NCBI GenBank assembly: GCA_965243135.1
Contig: OZ251539.1
Coordinates: 1,152,001-1,216,000, forward strand
Direction: 5' to 3'
Length of the DNA: 64,000 nt
From: Alphaproteobacteria bacterium
Lineage (GTDB): Bacteria > Pseudomonadota > Alphaproteobacteria > MPNO01 > UBA830
In this document: positions 50,942-61,654 of the stretch, piece by piece
Position numbering within the stretch: the first letter of the stretch is position 1
Layout of the letters: each line of letters begins with the position of its first letter
Program-made: the position numbers and the translations under genes
The notes under the pieces: generated by a model
Databases searched by the model: none
Told to the model about the DNA's origin: nothing
What the model saw: the letters and a program-made list of their open reading frames with translations, nothing else

Positions 50942-52534
50942 ATGGTTTACTTCGCCAGATGGAAAATGATTCTCGTCGCAGTGGTCTGCGCGCTGGGTCT
51001 GGCCTTCGCCGCGCCCAACCTGCTGCCTCTGTTCGGAAAGGATTCCGAGTCGGTGCCGTCGTGGCTTCCGAATCAGCAAATCAATCTCGGGCTTGATCTC
51101 CAGGGCGGCTCCCATCTGTTGCTGGAGGTGGACGTGGGATCGGTCATCCGGGAGCGCCTGGAAGGCATGGTCGACGGCGTCCGGGACGCGCTGCGCCGCG
51201 CGTCTCCCCGCATCGGCTACACGCGAATCGGCGTCAGGGGGAATTGCGCCGGCTTCGACCTGCGCGATCAGGAAGACGCCGGGCGCGCCCGGCGCGCGCT
51301 CGCCGATCTCGCGGCGAATTCGGAGATCGTCGTGGACGGCGCCGCCGTCACGATCTGCATGACCGAGCAGGGACGCAACGACGTGCAGACGTCGGCGGTT
51401 CAGCAGTCGATCGAGATCGTGCGCCGGCGCATCGACGAAACCGGCACGAGGGAGCCGACGATCCAGCGGCAGGGCGCCGACCGGATTCTCGTGCAGTTGC
51501 CCGGCGTCAAGGATCCCGAACGGATCAAGCGCCTTCTGGGCAAGACGGCGAAACTCACCTTCCATCTCCTGGACCGCAACGATACCGCGGCGGCAAGCTG
51601 CGGACCGGGACGGCGGGCGCCGCCCGGGAGCATGTGCCTGCCTTCCGACGACGAGCGCGATGTCAACGGCGATCCCATACAGTATCTCGCCAAGCGGCGG
51701 GTGATGGTGAGCGGCGACACGCTGGTGGACGCCCAAGGGACCTTCCAGGACGCGCAACCGGTGGTTTCCTTCCGTTTCGACGCGGTGGGCGCCCGCCGTT
51801 TCGGCGACGTGACGCGCAAGAACGTAGGCCAGCCCTTCGCGATCGTCCTCGACCGCAAGGTGATAAGCGCGCCGGTCATCCGCGAGCCCATTCTCGGCGG
51901 CAGCGGCGTCATTTCGGGCAATTTCACCGTCCAGTCGGCTCAGGATCTCGCCCTGTTGCTGCGGGCGGGCGCGTTGCCGGCTCCGCTGACGGTGCTCGAG
52001 GAGCGCACGGTCGGCGCGGAGCTCGGCGCCGATTCCATCGCCGCGGGAAGGGTCGCGAGCATTTTGTCCATCGTTCTCGTGATCGGCTTCATGGCCGCGG
52101 CCTACGGCATGTTCGGCGCGATGGCCAATGTCGCGCTGGCGCTCAACATGATCCTGATCGCCGCCGTTCTGTCCACGTTGCAGGCGACGCTGACGTTGCC
52201 GGGCATCGCGGGCATCGTGCTGACGATCGGCATGGCGGTGGACGCCAACGTCCTGATTTTCGAGCGGATTCGCGAAGAGGCGCGCAACGGGCGAACGCCT
52301 ATCTCGGCGGTGGATTCCGGCTACCGGCGGGCGCTGACCACGATCATCGACGCCAACATCACCACGTTGATCGCGGCGATTCTGCTGTATCTTTTCGGCT
52401 CCGGCCCGGTGAAAGGGTTCGCCGTCACGCTCGCGATCGGACTGGTGACGTCGATGTTCACCGCGATCATGGTGACGCGGATGATGGTCGTCACCTGGCT
52501 GCATCGCCGCAAGCCCCGAACGCTGCCGCTTTAG
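50942..52534 (+). CDS. secD: Protein translocase SecD
   Basis: LGLDLQGG, LRAGALPAP, IGMAVDANVLIFERIREE. Confidence 0.96.
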   Translation: MVYFARWKMILVAVVCALGLAFAAPNLLPLFGKDSESVPSWLPNQQINLGLDLQGGSHLLLEVDVGSVIRERLEGMVDGVRDALRRASPRIGYTRIGVRGNCAGFDLRDQEDAGRARRALADLAANSEIVVDGAAVTICMTEQGRNDVQTSAVQQSIEIVRRRIDETGTREPTIQRQGADRILVQLPGVKDPERIKRLLGKTAKLTFHLLDRNDTAAASCGPGRRAPPGSMCLPSDDERDVNGDPIQYLAKRRVMVSGDTLVDAQGTFQDAQPVVSFRFDAVGARRFGDVTRKNVGQPFAIVLDRKVISAPVIREPILGGSGVISGNFTVQSAQDLALLLRAGALPAPLTVLEERTVGAELGADSIAAGRVASILSIVLVIGFMAAAYGMFGAMANVALALNMILIAAVLSTLQATLTLPGIAGIVLTIGMAVDANVLIFERIREEARNGRTPISAVDSGYRRALTTIIDANITTLIAAILLYLFGSGPVKGFAVTLAIGLVTSMFTAIMVTRMMVVTWLHRRKPRTLPL

Positions 52535-52546
52535 GAGGAGGGACGC

Positions 52547-53488
52547 ATGCGACTGGTCAGCCTCGTTCCCGTCGGCACCAGGATCGACTTCCTGAGGTTC
52601 CGGAAGCTGGCGGGAGCCTTGTCGCTTCTGCTTTGCGTTCTTTCCGCGGGCCTTTTTCTGGGCAAGGGGCTCAACTACGGAATAGATTTCAGGGGCGGAA
52701 TCCTGCTCGAGATCCGGACGCAGGGACCGGCCGACATGGCGCAACTGAGGCTCACGCTGGGCGCTCTCGGGCTTGGGGAGGTGCAACTTCAGGAGTTCGG
52801 GCGCGACACCGACGTCCTGATTCGCATCGAGAAGCAGGAGGGCGGCGAAAAGGCGCAGTTGCGCGCCGTCGAAGTCGCGAAGCAGGCTTTGGGCGACGAC
52901 GTGAGTTACCGGCGCACGGAATTCGTGGGTCCGAAAGTCGGCGGCGAGCTCATCGAAGCGGGCGTGACCGCCGTGCTGCTGGCGCTGGTCGCCATGCTGA
53001 TCTACATCTGGTTCCGCTTCGAATGGCAGTTCGGCGTCGGCGCGGTGGCCGCTTTGCTGCACGACGTCGTGATGACCATCGGGATCTTTTCGCTTCTCGG
53101 GCTGGAGTTCAACCTTTCGACGGTGGCGGCGATTCTGACCATTGCGGGCTACTCCATCAACGACACCGTCGTCGTCTACGACCGGGTGCGGGAGAACCTG
53201 CGCAAGTACAAGCAGATGCCGCTGGAAGAATTGCTGAACTTCTCGGTCAACGGAACCCTGTCGCGGACGCTGCTGACCAGCGTGACGACGCTGATCGCGC
53301 TCTGCGCGCTGTTCTTCGTGGGCGGAGAGGTCATCAAGGGGTTCAGCTTCGCGATGATCTGGGGCGTTCTGGTCGGAACCTACTCCTCGGTTTTCATCGC
53401 GGTGCCGCTGCTGGTCTATATGAACTTGCGCCGGTCCGGCCTGATCGTCGGCGATTCGGAAGACGCGGCGGAAACGTCGGCGAGCTGA
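52547..53488 (+). CDS. secF: Protein translocase SecF
   Basis: GIDFRGG, GYSINDTVVVYDRVREN, GTYSSVFIA. Confidence 0.96.
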   Translation: MRLVSLVPVGTRIDFLRFRKLAGALSLLLCVLSAGLFLGKGLNYGIDFRGGILLEIRTQGPADMAQLRLTLGALGLGEVQLQEFGRDTDVLIRIEKQEGGEKAQLRAVEVAKQALGDDVSYRRTEFVGPKVGGELIEAGVTAVLLALVAMLIYIWFRFEWQFGVGAVAALLHDVVMTIGIFSLLGLEFNLSTVAAILTIAGYSINDTVVVYDRVRENLRKYKQMPLEELLNFSVNGTLSRTLLTSVTTLIALCALFFVGGEVIKGFSFAMIWGVLVGTYSSVFIAVPLLVYMNLRRSGLIVGDSEDAAETSAS

Positions 53489-53548
53489 GCGGTCGCCGCG
53501 AGGATTCGGGCGCCGCGGACATTCGCGGACGCGCCCGCCTCGGGGAGC

Positions 53549-54781
53549 TCATCCGAAATCGGGGTGCGCGAACGCGCCTCGTATCGCGTCGCAATCCCGT
53601 TCCGCGACGCCCTCCGAGCGGGCGATCCGGTGCCAGCCGTTCCGCACGGTCGTCTCCATTTCCGTCGCGATCGCCTCCGCCTGACGGCGGTCGAGCAGGA
53701 ACCGCTCGCATTGCGAAAGGATATTGCCGCGATCGGCGCGGCAGCCTTTGTCGCCGCAAATCAGCGCGAACTCTCTCCGCTCGGGCCGGGCGGAAGGCGC
53801 GAGACCGTAGGCCGGAGACAGTTCCCAATCGCGGTTCATGGCCAAGATCGCGTTCTTTCGCGGATGATCGCCGAAGTTGGAGATGAGCGCGTTGAAGCAC
53901 ATCCGCCGGAACAGCTCTTCCGCTTGCCTTTTCGGATTCCCGCAGACGCGGCGGATCTCCTCCGCAAGAAGCATGTAGGACCAATGTTCGCGCGGGGCGC
54001 CCGCTCGAAGCAGGGTCGATCCGCTCGCCATGCGGGCGCGGAGATAACCGCTCTCCGACGGTTCCCGATCGAAACGCTTGACAAGGAGCGCGTCGCGCCC
54101 GGCAACCGAAACCGCCTTGCTCTCCGCCGTCGTCAGGCCGCATTCGCGGCCGAGCAGGAGCATCGCCCGTTCGACCCTTGCGCGGTTCCACAGGTCGTCG
54201 GGTCGATTGAACTTGGCGATCCAGAGGCCGTCGTCGTCTTCCACCACGGCCTTCGGCCGCGCGCCGCCCATCGACGTTCCGAGAAGCGGCGACTCTTCGG
54301 CCTGCGCGGCCGCCTCGTCGAACGGAAGATTTTCTTCGTTGACGACGGCGTCGGCCAACGCCTGAAGTTTCTCCAGGTCCTGCGTCCGGGCGAAGGGTCG
54401 GCGGGGCGCGGGCGGCTTCGGCTCGAGACCGAAACCGAGGGCGCCCGCCCGGTCGTCCGGCGAGTTCAGAAGATAGTCGATTTCGTTCGGTCGCCCTCCT
54501 TGGCGTTCGATCAGTCGCCGGCCCCAGCGGCCCGGTCCGGCGTCGCGCAGCGCCCCGAAGACGCCCATGGTCGCAAAGGTGCCGGGCGCCAGCTTGAGTT
54601 CCGACGGATCGAGCTCGACGGCGTCGCGCCGTTCGCGGTAGCTCCTCCCGTAAACGAACCGGCCGGCGTAAGTTCCGCGCTGGCCCTCCGTCAGATCAAA
54701 CCGCCCGGCCGTAACGGCCGTCGTCCGGCCGGGCAGGGTGACGTAAACGTAGCAGGCGGTCGGCCCGGCCTCAGAAGTCAT
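53549..54781 (-). CDS. hipA: HipA-family toxin kinase (catalytic residues substituted)
   Basis: GTSMGGARPKA, WIAKF, VKRFDR, ELFRRMCFN; has NFGDHPRK and AYGL in place of NxDDHxRN and AYDL. Confidence 0.85.
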   Translation of the reverse strand: MTSEAGPTACYVYVTLPGRTTAVTAGRFDLTEGQRGTYAGRFVYGRSYRERRDAVELDPSELKLAPGTFATMGVFGALRDAGPGRWGRRLIERQGGRPNEIDYLLNSPDDRAGALGFGLEPKPPAPRRPFARTQDLEKLQALADAVVNEENLPFDEAAAQAEESPLLGTSMGGARPKAVVEDDDGLWIAKFNRPDDLWNRARVERAMLLLGRECGLTTAESKAVSVAGRDALLVKRFDREPSESGYLRARMASGSTLLRAGAPREHWSYMLLAEEIRRVCGNPKRQAEELFRRMCFNALISNFGDHPRKNAILAMNRDWELSPAYGLAPSARPERREFALICGDKGCRADRGNILSQCERFLLDRRQAEAIATEMETTVRNGWHRIARSEGVAERDCDAIRGAFAHPDFG

Positions 54782-55112
54782 CGTCCAACTCTTTCGGCGT
54801 GCCGACCCGCGCGGTCTCCCGCGAATGCGCGAGCGCTCTCGCTTTCTCGTTCTGCAACGGGTCGGCAATGTCGGGGAACTGGTCCACGAGGTCCAGCGCC
54901 CAGAGCAACGCGACGTAGATCGCGATGCTGCCGGAAGGCTTGCCTTTTTCGGCGTCCGAAACCGCGCGCCTTCCCACGCCTATTTTTTCGGCGATCTCGA
55001 TGAGGGTGAGGTTGCGTCGGAGCCGGGCCATTCGAAGGCTGGTGCCGAGCTTCTTTATGGCGCGTTCAACGGGGTAGGGCGGCGCGGCGGACAGGCAATT
55101 GAGGGATCTCAT
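54771..55112 (-). CDS. XRE-family HTH antitoxin (HipB-like)
   Basis: LRMARLRRNLT..EIAEKIGV..VSDAEKG; overlaps the hipA start. Confidence 0.85.
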   Translation of the reverse strand: MRSLNCLSAAPPYPVERAIKKLGTSLRMARLRRNLTLIEIAEKIGVGRRAVSDAEKGKPSGSIAIYVALLWALDLVDQFPDIADPLQNEKARALAHSRETARVGTPKELDDDF

Positions 55113-55242
55113 GGCGCGTTCCTTCGGGACGGACATTGGCATCTTCGGACAGCATCCGCAATTTCTCGGGACGCTTCAAGCGCGGCGCAGGAGCCGAAGC
55201 GGCGGCCCCGGCGCGCAAGCCCCCGAGACCGCAGGTCTTCCC

Positions 55243-55274
55243 AAAGAAAAACGCCCCGCAATAGCGGGGCGTTT
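55243..55274 (-). terminator. Rho-independent terminator of the puuD-like gene
   Basis: AAACGCCCCGC-AATA-GCGGGGCGTTT hairpin with a T-run on the minus strand. Confidence 0.75.
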
Positions 55275-55313
55275 CGCCAACGCAACCGTCTCGCCGTCGG
55301 GCGAGGAGCCGGA

Positions 55314-55919
55314 TCAGAACAAGTTCTGCGCCGACACCATCGCGTAGAGCATCGGAATGGACAGCATCGTGTTGGTCCGGGAGAAAAGCATTGCGGTGCG
55401 CCCCGCCTTCGCTTTTTCGTCCGCGTCCACCTGAACGATGCCGAGCGCTTTCTTCTGGTTCGGCCAGATGACGAACCAGACGTTGAACCACATGATCGCG
55501 CCCAGCCACATGCCGATGCCGATCGCCGTGTGTTTCGCAACGCCGTCCGCAAGGCCGATGGCGATGGCTTCGCCGAGATAGCCGTTCAGCCAGGCGAGGA
55601 TGAGGCCCGTGACGATCGTGGCCATGGCTCCCCAGCGGAACCAGAATAGAGCCGCGGGAGCGATCACGCCGGTGACCGCCGGTTTCTGCTCGTCCGGGAT
55701 TTTCCCCATGTTGGGGATCTGGACGAAATTGAAGTACCAGAGCAGGCCGATCCACATCACGCCGCTCAGTACGTGCAGCCAACGGAACAGGAAGGACCAC
55801 CAGCCCCGATCGAGCGCGAGCCCGGCATCGTGCCAGCCTACGAGAACGATGACGAGGACGATGGCGAGCACCACGCCCGCAATGATCGTGTTGGTCAGGT
55901 CGGAGAGAATTTTTGCCAT
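55314..55919 (-). CDS. Urate oxidase N-terminal domain membrane protein (PuuD-like)
   Basis: RWLHVLSGVMWIGLLWYFN, WFRWGA, NVWFVIWPNQKK, SRTNTMLSIPML; no cytochrome c domain. Confidence 0.8.
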   Translation of the reverse strand: MAKILSDLTNTIIAGVVLAIVLVIVLVGWHDAGLALDRGWWSFLFRWLHVLSGVMWIGLLWYFNFVQIPNMGKIPDEQKPAVTGVIAPAALFWFRWGAMATIVTGLILAWLNGYLGEAIAIGLADGVAKHTAIGIGMWLGAIMWFNVWFVIWPNQKKALGIVQVDADEKAKAGRTAMLFSRTNTMLSIPMLYAMVSAQNLF

Positions 55920-56225
55920 CGACAGACCCCTCTTCTCATAATTCAGGTGGCGGAATGTTAACTGCAATCAATGCTTCGTTCAACGCCGAGAAAAATCCCG
56001 AAAAATCAGACACTTGGGAGTTAGGATCGCAGAAAATTGATACAAATCAACGAGTTAATTCGATGCGGCCGCTTCGGCGCCGTTCATTTGGGCAAAGGCG
56101 ATTCGCAAGACTCGGTCGCGTCCGGCGCCGGTCCGCGCGCTCCGCCGCCGATTCCGGCCGCGCAGCGTTCGCGCGGCGCCCGGTCGCCGCCGCATGGCCA
56201 TGAGGCAAATATCCGGCGGCCGCCG

Positions 56226-56897
56226 TCACCCGCCGCGCCTTCTCGCGGCCCGCAGCCGTTCAAGCCTTTCGCCGAGGAACGCTTCGGTCGCGACCGCAAA
56301 GCGGTCGAAAGGGCCGAGCGCGGCCGACGCCGGACCGGATTTCCGGATTTTCGCCATTTGGCGACGGGTGGTTCTCCGCTGCCGGTCGATGAATTTCCTC
56401 AACCCTGGATGCGCATCGCCGGTCGCGGCATCCATCTCCGAAGCTTCCGAGACGCGGCCGAGCACGTCGTCGTATACGGGCTGCGCCGCCGGTTCGCCGG
56501 CGTCGCCGCGATCGACAGCGTGCCGATCCAGCAGGTCCTGGGGCATCAGGTGCGGAAGGGAAGGCATGCGGAGAACGGACGCGACGAGGAAGGCCGCGGC
56601 GAACCGCGCTTCCGCCGCGGGTCTGAGCGTCGGCGCTTCGCATGCCTCGGCCGCGATCGTTCCGAGGGTCACTCCGCCGAACTGGGACAAGGTCATCAGT
56701 TCGCTCAGACGCTGCACGTTGGCCCCGGATTCGATTTTCTCGGCCGCCTGGCGCACGCGAGCCACCATGCTTCCGTAAGGTTCGGGGGGCGCGACCTCGG
56801 AATCCCGGATCGCCGCCGCGACGGCCGCCAACGCCGCGTCCGCCCTGTCGTCGGACAGCGCTCCCGGCGCGGGAAGAAGATCTGCGATGAACGTCAT
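56226..56897 (-). CDS. Hypothetical helical protein, possibly a divergent squalene/phytoene synthase fold
   Basis: Typical protein composition; LMPQDLLDRHAV resembles the YLPxD.L..xGV motif. Confidence 0.5.
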   Translation of the reverse strand: MTFIADLLPAPGALSDDRADAALAAVAAAIRDSEVAPPEPYGSMVARVRQAAEKIESGANVQRLSELMTLSQFGGVTLGTIAAEACEAPTLRPAAEARFAAAFLVASVLRMPSLPHLMPQDLLDRHAVDRGDAGEPAAQPVYDDVLGRVSEASEMDAATGDAHPGLRKFIDRQRRTTRRQMAKIRKSGPASAALGPFDRFAVATEAFLGERLERLRAARRRGG

Positions 56898-56956
56898 CCC
56901 GAAATGTCTATCGCAAGACTATGCGGCATGGAATGCCGCGCGTAGACTGCGGCCGC

Positions 56957-57793
56957 ATGGCTTCGGAGCGAAGATACTGCGCGGACAGGGCGCGCGCGTA
57001 CGATTACGACAGGTATTTCGCTTCCGTTCTGGCGCCGCCTGAAGTCCGAGCCGGGTTGAACGCCCTCTACGCCTTCAATCTTGAAATCGCATCGACTCGG
57101 GAACGGGTCAGCGAGGCGGCGATCGGCGAGATGCGCCTTCAGTGGTGGCGGGACGCCATCGGGGAGATCTACGCCGCCCGCCCGCCCGCGCATGCGGTCG
57201 CCACCGAACTTGCGCGCGCGATAGAGCTTCGCGAGTTGCCGCGCGACGCCTTCGAGCGGATGATCGACGCGCGTTCGCTCGACCTCGGCGACGCGCCGCC
57301 GGAAGACCTGTCGGCGGTCGAGGGTTACGCCGCCGCCACGGCCGGCGAGTTGGCGGCGCTGGCTTTCCGCGTCTGCGATAGCGCGCCGCCGCCTTCCGCC
57401 GTCGCGCAAGCGGGAACCGCGTGGGGGCTGGCGGGTCTGCTGCGCGCAACTCCCCATCATGCCGCCGAAGCGCGGGTCATGATTCCCCGCGACGCGCTGA
57501 ACGAGACCGGAGTCCCGCCCGAGGACCTCGCTTCCGTCGGCTCGCTCAGGTCGGCAGGACCGGCGGCCGCCCCGATGGCGCGACGGGCGCGCGAACTGTT
57601 GCAGGCGAGCCGCGGCGAACTGCGGAGGATCGGCCGCGCGGCCCGGCCGGCTTTCTGCTATCTCGGGGCGGCCGCTTTGTATCTCGAAAGGCTTCGCAAG
57701 TCGGGCGACGATCCGTTCGCCGCCGGTCTCGAACCGTCGCGTCTGGTTCGGCAATTGGCCGTGGTTCGCGCCGGATTTACCGGCAGGGTCTGA
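56957..57793 (+). CDS. Phytoene/squalene synthase-family protein (NDUFAF6-like)
   Basis: YDYDRY, ALYAFNLEIA, GEMRLQWWRDAI, YAAATAG. Confidence 0.88.
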   Translation: MASERRYCADRARAYDYDRYFASVLAPPEVRAGLNALYAFNLEIASTRERVSEAAIGEMRLQWWRDAIGEIYAARPPAHAVATELARAIELRELPRDAFERMIDARSLDLGDAPPEDLSAVEGYAAATAGELAALAFRVCDSAPPPSAVAQAGTAWGLAGLLRATPHHAAEARVMIPRDALNETGVPPEDLASVGSLRSAGPAAAPMARRARELLQASRGELRRIGRAARPAFCYLGAAALYLERLRKSGDDPFAAGLEPSRLVRQLAVVRAGFTGRV

Positions 57794-57800
57794 CGCGCCG

Positions 57801-59147
57801 TCAGGCGGCGGCATTTTCCGCCGCCATTCGCCAGCGATCGAGATCGGCGAGCGCGCGCTCGGAATAGGCTTTTTTTCTCTCGCGGCCCCGGCGGCGCTTT
57901 TCCAGCGGCGGAAACAGTCCGAAATTGACGTTCATGGGCTGGAAAGTCCCGCTTTCCGCGCTTCGGGTGATGTGCTCGAGCAGGGCGCCGAGGGCGGTGG
58001 TGCGCGGCGGCGGAGGCAGGCGTTCGCGCGCCGCGAAGCGGCCCGCAAGAAGGCCTGTCGCCGCGCTTTCGACGTAGCCCTCCACGCCGGTGATCTGGCC
58101 CGCGAAGCGAAGCCTGGGCATCGCCTTGAGACGCAACTTGCCGTCCAGCAGGCTGGGCGAGTTCAGGAAAGTGTTGCGGTGGATGCCGCCCAGCCGTGCG
58201 AAGGACGCGAGTTCCAACCCCGGAATGGCGGAGAAGATGCGCTTCTGCTCTCCATGCCTGAGCTTGGTCTGAAAGCCGACCATATTGTAGAGGGTGCCCG
58301 GCTTGTTGTCCCGGCGCAGTTGCGCGACGGCGTACGCCCTCTGGCCTGTATGCGGGTTCGTGAGGCCGACGGGCTTCATCGGGCCGTAGCGCAACGCGTC
58401 TTCGCCGCGCTCCGCCAGCACCTCGATCGGCAGGCATCCCTCGAAATAAGGCGTGTCCTTCTCCCATTCCCGGAATACGGTTTTTTCGGCTCCCTTCAGG
58501 GCCGCGACGAAGGCGAGATACCGCTCCTTGTCCAGAGGACAGTTGATGTAGTCGGCGCCCGTGCCGCCGGGTCCGGCCTTGTCGTAGCGCGACTGGAACC
58601 ACGCCTTGCCGAGATCTATCGAATCCCGGTGCACGATCGGCGCGATGGCGTCGAAGAAGGCGAGGGCGTTCTCGCCCGTGAGTTCGCGGATCGCCTCGGC
58701 GAGGGCCGGCGAAGTCAGCGGGCCTGTGGCGACGATCACGCTCGTCCAATCCTCGGGCGGCAGCCCGGCCACCTCGCCGCGGTCGACGTCGACCAGCGGT
58801 TCGCGCTCGAGCGTCCGGGTCACCTCCTGCGAAAAAGCGTCGCGGTCGACCGCGAGCGCGCCGCCGGCCGGGACCTGGTGCGCATCGGCGGCGCGCAGTA
58901 TCAGCGACCCGCATCTCCGCAATTCCTCGTGCAGCAGTCCGACCGCGTTATGCTCCGCATCGTCGGAGCGGAAGGAATTGGAGCAAACCAGTTCCGCCAG
59001 CCCGTCCGTGCGATGCACTTCGGTGGCGCGCAGGGGGCGCATTTCGTGGAGAACCGAGGGAACGCCCGCGCGGGCGAGTTGCCACGCCGCCTCCGCTCCG
59101 GCAAGCCCGCCGCCGACCACGTGAACGGGAGTCGCGCACCGTTTCAT
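57801..59147 (-). CDS. trmFO: tRNA m5U54 methyltransferase TrmFO
   Basis: [51 protein letters not shown]. Confidence 0.96.
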   Translation of the reverse strand: MKRCATPVHVVGGGLAGAEAAWQLARAGVPSVLHEMRPLRATEVHRTDGLAELVCSNSFRSDDAEHNAVGLLHEELRRCGSLILRAADAHQVPAGGALAVDRDAFSQEVTRTLEREPLVDVDRGEVAGLPPEDWTSVIVATGPLTSPALAEAIRELTGENALAFFDAIAPIVHRDSIDLGKAWFQSRYDKAGPGGTGADYINCPLDKERYLAFVAALKGAEKTVFREWEKDTPYFEGCLPIEVLAERGEDALRYGPMKPVGLTNPHTGQRAYAVAQLRRDNKPGTLYNMVGFQTKLRHGEQKRIFSAIPGLELASFARLGGIHRNTFLNSPSLLDGKLRLKAMPRLRFAGQITGVEGYVESAATGLLAGRFAARERLPPPPRTTALGALLEHITRSAESGTFQPMNVNFGLFPPLEKRRRGRERKKAYSERALADLDRWRMAAENAAA

Positions 59148-60076
59148 CCGTTGGACCTCCGCGAAAGTTTTCATCTTAGCTTCGCGACCGCTTCATGAGG
59201 AGCGTTCCGTCCCCGGCGCGCCGGGCGGTTCGGTCCCCGCGGCATGCCTTGGAACTTCCTCGCGGCGTCGACGGCTTCCGGCACCGGTACGGCGAGGCCG
59301 GAGCGCCTGCGCAAATGGCGTCGGCGCGTTCAGTTCCGCGACGGGAAAGGAGAGTCGAAGGCGCAGGCGGCGATTCCCGCCGCGCCCGGACGGGACTCGC
59401 GTTCGGCAACGCCACGCGCGAGCGTCGAGGTTTGCCGCGGCGGGCGTCCTCTCGGCGCGGCCGAACGCGTCGGGCGGCTTCTCCCGTTCCCGACCAGCGC
59501 GTGTCGCTTCGCGAGCGTCCGGTTCACGTTCAACGCTGCCAGCGGCGGTCCCCTCATGCGTTGCCCGGACTCGGTCGATGGCGGCCTCGCGGTCAAGGCC
59601 GGCTATCCGGAAGATTGCGTCAGCGGCGATACGCCGCGTTCGGTCGATAACCTTCCAGCGACGATTTTCGCAAACTCTCTTGCAGAACGCGAATTTCGTC
59701 CGGCTACCGTCAAAACGCGCGAATCGTCGGCGGGACGGCGTTTCGCTTTTCCGGGCCGCCGGCCGCCAGCGCCGGTCCGCGACTCGGAGAATTTTTCGCG
59801 GCGCGCCCTCTTCGGAAGTTCGGAATCAGGAGGCGGAAGGCCGCCGGGTTCCGCCTTCGAGCCGCAACGCTTGCGTCGCGCCGGGTTTGCGGCGCGGGAG
59901 CTACGCGCGGGGCGCTTGAAGGCGCCAGCTCCGCCACCCTGCGGAGCTGCCAGCGACCCCGCCATCGCAGAACCGCGGCTGATGAAGCGACTGAACTCCA
60001 GGCGGCGGTTCCGCTGAACGAGAGCGTTCCGCTTCATCCGCTCGTCCGGCCGAGCGAGGCGGACTCCGCCTCCTCC

Positions 60077-60105
60077 TTGACGGCTCCGGCGTGGCGGCCT
60101 ACCCT
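60077..60105 (+). promoter_or_regulatory. sigma70-like promoter of array copy 1 (leaderless)
   Basis: TTGACG-N17-TACCCT-N6-ATG, same geometry at 61873-61901 and 63584-63612. Confidence 0.6.
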
Positions 60106-60111
60106 TTTGGG

Positions 60112-61654
60112 ATGACGAAACGCATGCTTCCGACCGGCATGACCTCCCTCCGGGAAATCCGGAAAATGGACTGCTACTACGTCGACAAGACGGAGCACGC
60201 GCGCCGCCTCGTCGAGAGGGGCAAGTACAATTTCCTGTCGCGTCCGCGCCGGTTCGGCAAGAGCCTGCTGGTGGACACGCTGCAGGAGTTGTTCGAGGGA
60301 AGCGAGGAGTTGTTCCGGGGCCTCGCCGTGCACGACGGGTGGGACTGGTCGGCGCGTCATCCGGTCGTGCGGCTGGATTTCAGCGGCGTGGGCCGTTTCG
60401 ACGGCCCGGACGGTGTCCGGGGAACCGTGGAAAGGCAACTGGCGGCGACGGAGAGGCGCGCCGGCCTCGAACCGGGCCCCGCCGGGGCGGCGGTCCGTTT
60501 CCACGAATTGATCGAGGCCCTGCACGAGCGCACCGGGCAGCAGACGGTCGTTCTGGTGGACGAACAAGCCGATCCTGGACGCGCTCGGCGACCGGGAACT
60601 GGCGCTGGCCAACCGCGATTTTCTGCGCAGCCTGTACGGGGTGATCAAGGCCTGCGACAGGCAGCTCCGTTTCGTTTTCCTGACGGGAGTGAGCAGGTTC
60701 TCGCGGGCGGGCGTGTTCTCGGGCCTGAACAACCTGCGCGACGTCACCCTCGACCCGCGTTTCGGCACTATCTGCGGCTATACCGACGACGAGCTGGACG
60801 CGGTCTTCGCCCCGGAACTGGAGGGTCTGGACCGGGACAAGGTACGGAGCTGGTACAACGGCTACAACTGGCGCGGGCCGGAGAGGGTCTACAACCCGTT
60901 CGACATTCTCCTTCTCTTCGAAACGCGCGAGTTCGAGGAGCACTGGTTCCAGACCGGCACTCCGACCTTCCTCGCCGACCTTCTGTCGCGGCGCCGGGTC
61001 GCGGCGCCGGACCTGGAGGGCGCGATCGCGAACGCCACGCTGCTGTCGGCCCTCGACGTCGACCGCGTTCCCGTCGAGACGTTTTTGTTCCAGGCCGGTT
61101 ATCTCACCATCGCCGACGAGAAGCGGGACGGGGACGCGCTCCTCTACCGGCTGGACTACCCGAACCAGGAGGTGAAGCGCAGCCTGAACGAGCTCCTGCT
61201 GCAGACGATGGCGCCGGACGTCGCGGTCGCGGCGGAGAGCCAGGAGTTGCGCCGCCTGATGCGCGTGAACGACTTCGCGGGCCTCGAGCGGCAGTTCCGG
61301 GCGTTGCTGGCGAGCATCCCCAACGAGTGGTACGCGAACACGGACCTGGCGGGCTACGAGGCGCACTACGCGAGCGTGTTCTACTCGCACTTCGTGGCGG
61401 CGGGGATGGACGTCCGCGCGGAGGAGAGCACGGCTCGCGGCCGCTCGGACCTGACGGTCCTGTACGGCGGCCGCGTCTATCTGTTCGAGTTCAAGGTCGC
61501 GGACGGGAAGCCGGAAGGGCGGGCGCTGGCGCAGATTCGGGAGCGCGGCTACGCGGACAAGTACCGGCGTCCGGGCGTTCCGGTTCACCTGATCGGGATC
61601 GAGTTCGGCCGGGAGGAGCGCAACATCGTCGGGTTCGAGTTCGAGACCGTCTGA
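60112..61654 (+). pseudogene. AAA-ATPase-like + PD-(D/E)XK nuclease, copy 1 (5-nt deletion frameshift)
   Basis: YYVDKT and SRPRRFGKS motifs; GACGA-ACAAG versus GACGAGTACGACAAG in copy 2, at about 60563. Confidence 0.85.

Noticed and set aside
59244-60017. 257-aa ORF upstream of the array
   Set aside because: Arg/Pro/Ala-rich with no motifs; likely non-coding
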